This document shows, piece by piece, positions 8,819-17,500 of a stretch of DNA of 64,000 nucleotides. The stretch covers positions 800,001 through 864,000 of the forward strand of contig OY760175.1 in the NCBI GenBank assembly GCA_963663165.1, written 5' to 3'. The translations under genes were made by a program, and so were the position numbers. The stretch is from an uncultured Desulfospira sp. Its GTDB lineage: Bacteria; Desulfobacterota; Desulfobacteria; Desulfobacterales; Desulfobacteraceae. How positions within the stretch are numbered: position 1 is the first letter of the stretch; each line of letters starts with the position of its first letter. The notes beneath the pieces were generated by a model, which saw only the letters and a list, made by a program, of their open reading frames with translations, was not told the DNA's origin and made no database searches.

Positions 8819-8880
8819 TGTGAAAAAATGTTCATAACATTGAGAAGTTTTTTTCCTATGATTGTGAACTTTTTGTAACA
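8819..8880. promoter_or_regulatory. Candidate enhancer-binding-protein sites
   Basis: TGT-N12-ATA (8819-8836) and TGT-N12-ACA (8863-8880), 140-200 bp upstream of the sigma-54 site. Confidence 0.45.
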
Positions 8881-9020
8881 TTTTTTCCGGTCAGCAGTGC
8901 TTGAAGTTTGCCCCGGGTTTCCGGTCCGGGAAGCCTTAGTTAACCCTGGATATAGATCATTTGTTCGATATCAGACTTTGGGCGTTTGGTCAACCTTAAT
9001 TTCAGGGCAAATTCAATATA

Positions 9021-9077
9021 GCGGACTAAAAAGCCCTTAATCGACCCTTTTGGGTGCCAAAAACATGCGATTAAGAC
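9021..9077. repeat. Further copy of the RAYT-flanking repeat core
   Basis: CTAAAAAGCCCTTAATCGACCCTTTT..CGATTAAG, nearly identical to the reverse complement of 7032-7057. Confidence 0.65.
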
Positions 9078-9676
9078 TATCTTCCTGTTTCCGGGCCCGT
9101 TTTGAATTCAACATTCAAGTAAATTTCAGACAAATTCAGCTCACAGTTAACAGATTCTATTTTCACGCATTGTTCTTCTTTATCGTACAATTTGTAATGC
9201 CAAATGTCTTTGGTGCGGACATATTGTTCCACTGAATATTCGTATTGTGAAACCAGAATGTATTCTTTCAGGGTTGATACCTGCTGGTAGGCTTTAAATT
9301 TTTTTCCTCTATCATAACTTTCAGTAGATTCAGATAATATTTCCATAATGACAGCAGGGTTTATTAGGGTGTCAAATTCGTTGTCTTCAAATTCAGGTTC
9401 GCCACAATATATTACAATGTCCGGATAGACGTATTTATCTTCAATCTTTACACGCATATCATTAGAGAGAGGGCTACATGGGGATTTCGAACCTTTTAGT
9501 TTCATTCCTAACTCTCTTATGAGATTTACATTAATCTGGTTGTGAGTGAATTTTGCACCTACCATGGCAAATATTTCACCGTCATAAAATTCGTGTTTAA
9601 TATCCAGGGAACTTCTTTCCATTTCCAGATATTCAGAAGGTGTCATTTTACTTTTTTCTTGTGGGTGTGCAGTCAT
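9077..9676 (-). CDS. Uma2 family (DUF820) PD-(D/E)xK endonuclease-like protein
   Basis: KHEFYDGEIFAMVG, YVYPDIVIYC, EILSESTESYDRGKKF, LKEYILVSQ. Confidence 0.92.
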   Translation of the reverse strand: MTAHPQEKSKMTPSEYLEMERSSLDIKHEFYDGEIFAMVGAKFTHNQINVNLIRELGMKLKGSKSPCSPLSNDMRVKIEDKYVYPDIVIYCGEPEFEDNEFDTLINPAVIMEILSESTESYDRGKKFKAYQQVSTLKEYILVSQYEYSVEQYVRTKDIWHYKLYDKEEQCVKIESVNCELNLSEIYLNVEFKTGPETGR

Positions 9677-9677
9677 G

Positions 9678-9885
9678 TCATGATTCCTCAAGTGCAGCCT
9701 GCAAATATACCCGGATCATTTCCGGGGAATCAAGGTATTCACTGACATCAAATTCCCTTGTGGTGACCTTCTTTGTAAATCCAAAGATAGTCAATGCGCG
9801 ACAAAAAACGGGTTTTGAAGTTTTTATCTTTAATCCCGGCAAACCATTTATCAAGGGCTTTTGTCGTTTGAATTTCATATGTCAT
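9678..9885 (-). pseudogene. Collapsed addiction-module remnant (RelE-like killer N-terminus + antidote N-terminus)
   Basis: 9885-9748 MTYEIQTTKALDKWFAGIKDKNFKTRFLSRID (HI1419-type toxin start); other frame KVTTREFDVSEYLDSPEMIRVYLQAALEE (HI1420-type antitoxin start); both truncated. Confidence 0.7.
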
Positions 9886-10009
9886 ACCCTATTGTCTCTT
9901 ACAACAGAAAATAAGACAAGATTAATTTTATGGGAACCTATTATAAGAGATCATTACGAATGTGGTTAAAAAATAGATACATAGGGAGTCGTTTTTATGC
10001 CGGAGCCAA

Positions 10010-11188
10010 TCAAAGACCAAAATCCGGCAGGTTCTTCCAGCCCATGACATGAACCCCCTGGCGGACATAGGCCTGGTCCCCGCCGTAAATTAGAATGGAT
10101 TTTCCCACCTCATTTGACAGATCTGAAAAGGCATGCAGGTTATGGAAAAATTTTGAGGTGATGGTCTGCCCGGACTTTACTTCTATCTGGGTTATCGATC
10201 TGGGAGCGTCTTGAAAAAGAAAATCAATTTCAAGTCCCTTGTTTTCCCTGAAATAATAAAGCTCCTGCCCGATACCGGATGCATTGAGCTGCTTTTTTAA
10301 AAGCTCGTTAAAAATAAGGGTTTCAAAAAGAGCCCCTTTTAAAGGATGGGTGAAAATCTGACCCGGCTCGGTAATCCCGATCAGCCGGCAGGCAAGGCCG
10401 GTATCAAGGAAGTATAGTTTATGGCTTTTCACCAGCCGTTTATCATAGGATTTTTCAAAGGGCCTTACTAATCTGATGATATAACTGGCCTCTAACAGGG
10501 AGATCCACGCTCTGACGATTTCCCGGTTTACGCCGATATCGTTGCTGATTCCGTTAATATTTAAAACCTGGCCGGTTCTTCCGGCGCAAATTTTTAAAAA
10601 AATATCAAAATCCCGCTGGTTTTTGATATTGACCAGGCGTTTGACATCGCGATTGACATAAGTCTCGATGTAATCGTTCATTTCCTGGGCAGCATCCAGG
10701 TTGTCTTTGAAAATCCTTGGGTAAAACCCCGTGTAAAGGACGGTCTCCATTGTCTGGTCTTTAAGGGTTTCACCATAGGCCTCTTTGAGGCTAAAAGGAA
10801 GCAGCTTTATAATTCTTGTCCGGCCGGCCAGGGACTGGGCGGCTTTATTGGAAAGGTCAAGTTGGTCGCTGCCGGTTAAGATGAACTGTCCTTTTTTATC
10901 ATGGGCATCGACAATGGTCTGAATATAAGAGAAAAGTTCGGGAACACGCTGGGCTTCGTCGATAACAGCACCATCCGGGAAACGGTTTAAAAAACCGATG
11001 GGATCTTCAGTAGCAAACAGCCTTTCATCAATGGCCTCTAATGATACCATCTCCCGGTCGGGGAAAAGCATTTTGCACAGGGTGGTTTTTCCAGACTGCC
11101 TGGGCCCGACAATGGTTACTACCGGTTTTTGAGATACCGCTTTCCGAACTTTTTCAGAAATTTCCCTGTCAACCAGTTTACCGCTCAT
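10010..11188 (-). CDS. AAA+ ATPase (AAA_14 + DUF4143)
   Basis: GPRQSGKTT, IDEAQRVPELF, FILTGS, LAGR, KLYFLDTGL, EIDF..IEVKS. Confidence 0.9.
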   Translation of the reverse strand: MSGKLVDREISEKVRKAVSQKPVVTIVGPRQSGKTTLCKMLFPDREMVSLEAIDERLFATEDPIGFLNRFPDGAVIDEAQRVPELFSYIQTIVDAHDKKGQFILTGSDQLDLSNKAAQSLAGRTRIIKLLPFSLKEAYGETLKDQTMETVLYTGFYPRIFKDNLDAAQEMNDYIETYVNRDVKRLVNIKNQRDFDIFLKICAGRTGQVLNINGISNDIGVNREIVRAWISLLEASYIIRLVRPFEKSYDKRLVKSHKLYFLDTGLACRLIGITEPGQIFTHPLKGALFETLIFNELLKKQLNASGIGQELYYFRENKGLEIDFLFQDAPRSITQIEVKSGQTITSKFFHNLHAFSDLSNEVGKSILIYGGDQAYVRQGVHVMGWKNLPDFGL

Positions 11189-11329
11189 TTTGACCCTCCA
11201 GTACTGACTGTTTTTTTAACAATATGCCAGTGTGGTACAAAATGCAAATTTTTTTAACGTTTTGTACCGCATTCTTAAAAAAATCATTATGAACGACTGT
11301 ATGAAAAGGAAGCTGGAAATAAGTGAGTC

Positions 11330-11368
11330 AAAAAAACAGCCGGTTAGTAAATTTATCCTAACCGGCTG
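11330..11368 (-). terminator. Rho-independent terminator downstream of tRNA-Leu
   Basis: CAGCCGGTTAG / CTAACCGGCTG stem followed by T-run on the minus strand. Confidence 0.75.
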
Positions 11369-11379
11369 CTTTAAAAAAA

Positions 11380-11464
11380 TGGTACCGAAGAAGGGACTTG
11401 AACCCCCACGCCTCGCGGCACTAGATCCTAAGTCTAGCGTGTCTACCAGTTCCACCACTTCGGC
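11380..11464 (-). tRNA. tRNA-Leu (anticodon TAG)
   Basis: GCCGAAGTGGTGGAACTGGTAGACACG CTAGA-CTTAGGA-TCTAG, long variable arm, GGTTCAAGTCC, CCA end; 85 nt. Confidence 0.97.
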
Positions 11465-11535
11465 ATAGTATGCGGTTGCTAAGGGCTGGCTGCCGGAAAA
11501 AAAGCCTTTGGGCAGCGGCCCTGTGCAGGGAAGTA

Positions 11536-11564
11536 TTTGTATTAAACCCCTGGAAAAATGTCAA
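11536..11564 (-). promoter_or_regulatory. Sigma-70-type promoter for tRNA-Leu
   Basis: TTGACA-17 nt-TACAAA. Confidence 0.55.
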
Positions 11565-11667
11565 TAAAGAATTGTTTGGTTTATATGGCTTTCCCATAGG
11601 AATAAAGAATGGAGATTGGAGGAAAGAAGACCGGAAACCGGAAGTTGAGGTTTCCTTGGGCCAGGCG

Positions 11668-11714
11668 TAAAAGGAGGGGGCCATGCCCGGGAATCGCGGG
11701 CATGGCCCCCTCCT
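11668..11714 (-). terminator. Terminator after the cobB-HIT operon
   Basis: AGGAGGGGGCCATGCCC / GGGCATGGCCCCCTCCT perfect stem with short T-run on the minus strand. Confidence 0.7.
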
Positions 11715-11813
11715 ACATTGCATCTGCCGGAAATATACGGATGGATGATAGATGCCGGGTATTTTTAAAGGATGCGCATTCCGGTCTCCCGTCTCCGGTC
11801 TCCGGTTCTCCCC

Positions 11814-12158
11814 CTATGGATTATACCGCTTATGCCATCCGCCGATCAGGTGCAGGTGAAGGTGGAAAATTTCCTGGCCGCCCCCTTTTTCCACGTTGAA
11901 CAGCAGTTTGTAGCCGGCCCGGTCGGTCTCTTCTTTTTGGGCCATGTCCCTTGCCACCATGAACAGATGGCCGATGAGGGACTGGTCGCCGGCTTCCAGG
12001 TCATTGATACTTCTAATATGCTGCCGGGGCACGATGAGAAGGTGAACCGGGGCGGCCGGGTTGATATCCCGGAACACCACGCACAAATCATCCTCATATA
12101 AAAAGGTGGTGGGGGTTTCTTTGTTGACAATTTTGCAGAACAGGCAGTCGGGTTTCAT
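11814..12158 (-). CDS. hinT: Histidine triad nucleotide-binding protein
   Basis: DCLFCKI, DINPAAPVHLLIVP, HLHLHLIGG. Confidence 0.92.
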   Translation of the reverse strand: MKPDCLFCKIVNKETPTTFLYEDDLCVVFRDINPAAPVHLLIVPRQHIRSINDLEAGDQSLIGHLFMVARDMAQKEETDRAGYKLLFNVEKGGGQEIFHLHLHLIGGWHKRYNP

Positions 12159-12898
12159 GAATCCCCCTGAAGGCGGATTTCATCCATTAAGGTTTCCATG
12201 GCATGGACGGCCCGGTCCTCTAAGAAAATATCCGTTACCCGCCGGGTGTATTCCGACGGGCAGGGATTGATCTCAATAATCACCGCACCGTTGGACTTTG
12301 CCGCAGACGGAATCAGGTTGGCCGGGGCCACGGTGCCGGTGGTCCCGACCAAAAGAAAACAGTCGGCCTTTTCGGTTTCTTTAAAGGATAAGGACCGGGC
12401 CGGTTCCGGAATGGCTTCCCCGAAAAAGATGACATCCGGCTTTAACACACCGCCGCATCGTTCGCACAGGGGCGGCAGCCGGCTCAGGTCAATCTGGGAA
12501 ATTTTATACCGGGTTTTGCAGGACAGACAGACCAGCTTTTTTAAGGAGCCGTGAAACTCATGGACCACCTTTGAACCGGCATCATAGTGAAGGTTGTCCA
12601 CGTTCTGGGTGATCACCCCGTCAAGCTTGCCCTCGGCCTCTAATTCAGACAGGGAATAATGGGCCGCATTGGGCAGAATCGAACCAAACAGGTCATAAAA
12701 AATTTCCCGGATGACTTCCCAGGATTTCTGGGGTTCCTGAAGGAAATACCGGATGTCAAAGGTCATGGGGTCGTATTTATTCCATAACCCGTTTTCTCCT
12801 CTGAACGGCGGGACTCCGCTTTCAACGGAAATCCCGGCCCCGGTAAAGGCAATACACCGCCTTGACTTGAGGATTGCCTTTGCAGCTTTCTGGTACAC
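12155..12898 (-). CDS. cobB: NAD-dependent protein deacylase (sirtuin)
   Basis: TGAGISVESGVPPFRG, ITQNVDNLH, HGS, CxxC..CxxC, KPDVIFFGE. Confidence 0.93.
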   Translation of the reverse strand: MYQKAAKAILKSRRCIAFTGAGISVESGVPPFRGENGLWNKYDPMTFDIRYFLQEPQKSWEVIREIFYDLFGSILPNAAHYSLSELEAEGKLDGVITQNVDNLHYDAGSKVVHEFHGSLKKLVCLSCKTRYKISQIDLSRLPPLCERCGGVLKPDVIFFGEAIPEPARSLSFKETEKADCFLLVGTTGTVAPANLIPSAAKSNGAVIIEINPCPSEYTRRVTDIFLEDRAVHAMETLMDEIRLQGDS

Positions 12899-13041
12899 GG
12901 TTTTATCTCCTTTTGGGTTTACACTTTTCCTTGTGCCTGCTATTTAATTAGAGTGAATATGCCATAATCTGCTACTGTTGTACATGGCATATCCATACCA
13001 AGACTAACCGCTAATTGCTAACTGCTAAAAGCGTTGAAGCC

Positions 13042-13584
13042 ATGAACAGCATTAAGAACAAAGCCATTACCCCCGGTGACCTGGCCGGCAACCTGGCCAA
13101 TTTTGCCATTGACCGGACAGACTTAAAAGCGCTGCTGGCCGCCCTGCCCCCTTCCCATGGCCTGAACGATACAGCGGTTGAATATGAACTGGGGATATTA
13201 AAAATCTTAAGCGTGGGCTGGGGCATCTCCTTTTTCATGGCCGCCACAGATAAAAACAAGGCCGTGGTCTCCCAGACCTATTGGGAGGTCATAAGGGAAA
13301 TCTCGCAAAATATTTCCAACCTGACCGAAACCACCACGGGCCAGACCATTGATTATTTCAACATTCTAAAAGAGCGGCTGGACATTTATTTAAAAGGCAT
13401 GCAGCAAAGCCCTGAACAAACCACGGACCCGGCCGCAATTGTCGGACCTTTGTTTGCAGAGGCCTGCCACAGCCCGGGCAATGCCATTGCCATTCTCACC
13501 GGCACCAAAATGTTCACCCTGACCCTTGGGGCGGTTAAAGAATATTTAGGATCGGTCACGGTAGAAGACATCAAACTCAATTGA
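13042..13584 (+). CDS. Hypothetical protein
   Basis: 180-aa ORF with host-like codon usage; no recognised motif. Confidence 0.7.
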   Translation: MNSIKNKAITPGDLAGNLANFAIDRTDLKALLAALPPSHGLNDTAVEYELGILKILSVGWGISFFMAATDKNKAVVSQTYWEVIREISQNISNLTETTTGQTIDYFNILKERLDIYLKGMQQSPEQTTDPAAIVGPLFAEACHSPGNAIAILTGTKMFTLTLGAVKEYLGSVTVEDIKLN

Positions 13585-13615
13585 TCATCCATTAACCAAA
13601 GCGGTAACACATTCC

Positions 13616-14338
13616 ATGAAATCCAGACCTTCTTTGACCCCTTTGCGCCTTATAAAAGCCATTATTTATATCAATGCGGCCATGTTTGTGATCTGCCTGC
13701 TGTTCAGCGGCAGCGCCACCCGGTTTACCTTAAACCCCTTTAAAGCCCTGACCCCTTCCATGAATGTTCTTGAATTTATGGGGGCCACCGGCGTTCTGCC
13801 CATTGTCCGGTTTAAAGCCTGGTGGACCCTGATCACGGCCAACTGGCTCCACGGCAGCCTGCTCCATATTTTCTTTAACATGATGGCCTTTAGAACTGTG
13901 GGATCCCTGGTTATTCTGGAATACGGCATGTACCGGATGTTCACCATCTATACCCTGGCCGGTGCCGGGGGATTTCTGCTGTCCTACATGGGAAAGGTTT
14001 ATATGACCATTGGGGCTTCGTCCGGGATCTGCGGTTTGATCGGGGCCCTGCTCTACTTTGGCAAATCCAGGGGCGGGGAATGGGGCAGCCGGGTGTACAA
14101 GCAGACATCGGGCTGGATCATCAGCCTGGCCTTATTTGGATTTCTCATCCCCAACATCAACAACTGGGGACACATGGGCGGCCTTGTTTCCGGGATTTTT
14201 CTGGGCTGGATCTTTGCCTACAATGACCGAAGGCGCGAAAGTCTTGGGGACCGGGTTTTGGCCATTTTCCTCATGGTCATTACGGCCATTCTTTTGATCA
14301 TCCCGGTGATTGAGGGTATTTTTCTTAAATTGGGATAG
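13616..14338 (+). CDS. Rhomboid family intramembrane serine protease
   Basis: WLHGSLLHIFFNM, GASSG, HMGG; multiple TM helices. Confidence 0.92.
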   Translation: MKSRPSLTPLRLIKAIIYINAAMFVICLLFSGSATRFTLNPFKALTPSMNVLEFMGATGVLPIVRFKAWWTLITANWLHGSLLHIFFNMMAFRTVGSLVILEYGMYRMFTIYTLAGAGGFLLSYMGKVYMTIGASSGICGLIGALLYFGKSRGGEWGSRVYKQTSGWIISLALFGFLIPNINNWGHMGGLVSGIFLGWIFAYNDRRRESLGDRVLAIFLMVITAILLIIPVIEGIFLKLG

Positions 14339-14513
14339 GGACTTGGGACCTGGGATATGGGACCTGGGGATTGCTTTGGTGCCGGTTTTCTCAAATTTCA
14401 GGATTACACTTCAGATGCCAGACCAACGCCCATAGGCTTGCGGTGCCCCTGGCGTTCTCAAGGCTTCCAGTCCACGCCCCCCCCAAGTCCCAAGTCCCAT
14501 ATCCCAAGTCCCA
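14331..14513. repeat. Inverted arrays of the TGGGAYH heptamer
   Basis: tgggact/tgggacc/tgggata repeats at 14331-14370 and their complements at 14482-14513; same family at 42906-42967. Confidence 0.8.
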
Positions 14514-14582
14514 CCCCCCATTTTACACAAATTTTACAATATTCTCTTGAATTCGTAAGGGTTCTTCTCTATATCACGGCCT

Positions 14583-17500
14583 ATGAATTCTAAGGGGCGA
14601 ACACAGGGGCTGGCCCCCATTGCCGTTGTTTCAATGGCAGGGATCTTTCCGGGGGCGGGCCATATCAATGAATTTTTCACCCATATTCTGAACAAGCGAC
14701 AGGCTGTTATCCCGGTGCCCGAACACCGGTGGGCCGCGCCGTCCGGGATCATGGTGGAAAAAGGCCATGTTCCGGACAGGGCCGTATCAAACCGTGCCGG
14801 CATCATCACTGATTTTCAATTTGACCCGGCCGGGTTTCTGCTGCCCCAAGATCTTTTAACCGCCCTGGACCCGGTCCATCATTTGGTGCTTCAGGCGGGA
14901 CGTGGGGCCTTTGAAGGCTGCTACTCAAATTCTGATATTTTAAAAAAAACCGGGGTGGTGCTGGCCGCCATCAGCCTGCCCACGGACAGTTCCTCTTTAA
15001 TCTCCATGGAGATTCTCACCAAAAGAAACGCGGCGGTTCCCACTGGGCTGGATGCCCTCAGGGCCTCGGTTGTATCCGGCCCCGGTGCGGTGCTTTGCCG
15101 GGCTTTAGGGCTTTTGGGGGGCTGTTTCACCCTTGATGCGGCCTGTGCATCTTCTTTGTTCGCGGTTAAGCTTGCCTGTGAACAGCTCCGGCTTGGGAAA
15201 ACCGACATGATGCTGGCAGGCGGCGTGTCACGGCCGGACAGCCTCTATACCCAGGTGGGATTTTCCCAGCTGATGGCCCTGTCGCCTTCAGGCCGATGCG
15301 CCCCTTTTGACCACCATGCCGACGGGCTGGTGGTGGGGGAAGGCTGCGGCATTCTGGTCCTAAAACGGCTTAAAGATGCCCTGGACTGCGGTGACCATAT
15401 CTTAGGGATTATCCGGGGGGCCGGGGTATCCAATGACATTGAGGGCAACCTGGTGGCCCCGGCCACCGAAGGCCAGATCCGGGCCATGACCGCAGCTTAC
15501 GAATCCTGCCAGTGGCGGCCGGACCAGATTCAGTACATGGAGTGCCACGGCACGGGCACGCCGGTAGGGGATAAAATCGAAACCCGGAGCATTAAAACCC
15601 TGCTGGATCATTATCAATGCCCCAAAGCACGGCTGGCCATCGGGAGCGTCAAATCCATGATCGGCCACCTGCTCACGGCTGCCGGAGCCGCCTCGTTAAT
15701 CAAGACCCTTCTGGCCTTGACCCATAAAGTCCTGCCGCCCTCAGCCAATTTTGAAGCCTTCCCTGAAGACAGCCCCCTGACAGATACCCGGGTAACGGTT
15801 CAGACAACACCGGAAGACTGGGCACCGGAAAAGCCCGGACAGCCCCGGCGGGCCGGGGTATCGGCCTTTGGATTCGGCGGCATTAACGCCCATGTCCTGG
15901 TAGAAGAGTTTATCAAAGACCCGGTCCTTTATCCGGTTCCCCAATCCTTTCAACCGGACAAACTTGAACCCTGCGCCATTATCGGCATGCATGCCGTGAC
16001 CGGCCGGTGTTCCCATCTGCAGGAATTTGTGGATCTTGTTTTGGGCGGGTCTCTTCCCCAGTGGTCTGAACCCGGTGCCCGGTGGCCCCACCTAGTGGAT
16101 TCCGGGGCATCAAACATTGAATCCGCCTTGATTGACGCATTTACCATGGGGCTTGGGGAATTTCACATCCCCCCCAACCAGTTGGGCGATATCCTGCCCC
16201 AGCACCTGATCCTGCTCAAGGCGGTCAAAGGCGCCTTGGAAGATGCCGGCATTTGCCCAAGGCCCGAAGATCGATCCTTGCGAACCCGCATGGGCGGTGC
16301 CATGGGCATTGATTTTGACTTTAATGCCGCCAATTTCTTCATGCGCTGGAAGCTTTCCGGCAAAGATACCGCCGTCACCGATGATATTCTTGAAAATTTA
16401 AGCCCGCCCCTGACCTTTGACCGGACCTTAGGAGCCCTTGGCGGAATCGCGGCCTCAAGAACGGCCCGGGAATTTCAGCTTGGCGGCCCCTGTTTTACCC
16501 TGTCCGCAGGCGCTGCCTCAGGCATACGGGCCATTGAAACCGCCCTTTACTCCTTGAGCTGCAAGGAAACCCACACCTTTATCGCCGGGGGTGTGGACAT
16601 GGCCGGGGACATCCGGCCGTATTTGCTCAACCGGGCCTGTGACCCTTCGGATACCGGCCCGGTTTCTGAAGGGGCTGCCGCCATTGTATTAAAACGGCTG
16701 GATCAGGCCATCGCAGATAAGGACCGGATTTACGCTGTCATTACCGGGACCGGGTCGGGATCCGGCGGCCGGGTCCCGGGAGAAACCAGCCCGGATGGCG
16801 GGCCGGATACCATGGGCCTTACTGTTTCCCTTGAACAGCTTTTTTCAGGATCTTTAAAGCCTGACATTGATTTTATCGAGACCCACTCCAACGGCACCGG
16901 CCGGATCGGCCAGGCTGAAAGCCAAGGCCTTGAAAATTTCTTCAAGAAACGCTTCACCCGTCCGGTACCCTTAAGATCGGCCCTGCCGGTACTAGGGGAT
17001 ACCCGGTCGGTCTCAGGCCTGCTGTCGGTTATGAAAGCGGCTGTCTGCCTGTACAAAGGGCAGCTGCCCGGACACCGGTTTGCCGATAACTCATTTTTTC
17101 ATGCCCTGCCCCGGGATAAATTTGACCTTTCCCCTGATTTCATACGCCTGATTGCCCCGGAACAGCGACCCTTAAAAGCCCTTGCATCGGCGGTCAGCCT
17201 GGATGGCGTTTTCGGCCATGTTCTTTTAGAGCAGGGACCGGCCTGTCCGAGTTCTCCTGTTCTGGCCCCAAAAAATCCGCCGGTTAAATTCATGCGAATC
17301 AACACCACCCGGCCGCCCCTGTCGCCGGAAGCGCTTAATATTATGAATCAGGCCTTTTATAGCGAACCCGCACCGGCACCTCAGGTTTCTTTCCCCGAAA
17401 ACCATGACCCTCTGCAGCCCAATGATACCGGTTCGGTTCACCCTGAAATCATGGTAAAGGGAACCGCTGCCACGGCCCGGGCCCATGAAAAATTTTTAGA

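Noticed and set aside
9678..9878. 66-aa ORF as a real gene
   Set aside because: Chimera of an off-frame toxin remnant and an antitoxin fragment.
11216..11468. Short ORFs on both strands
   Set aside because: They overlap tRNA-Leu and its terminator.
11814..12898. Sirtuin + HIT as an anti-phage (Thoeris/DSR-like) system
   Set aside because: The sirtuin is a typical zinc-binding CobB-type deacylase with host-like composition; no defence partner domains are adjacent.
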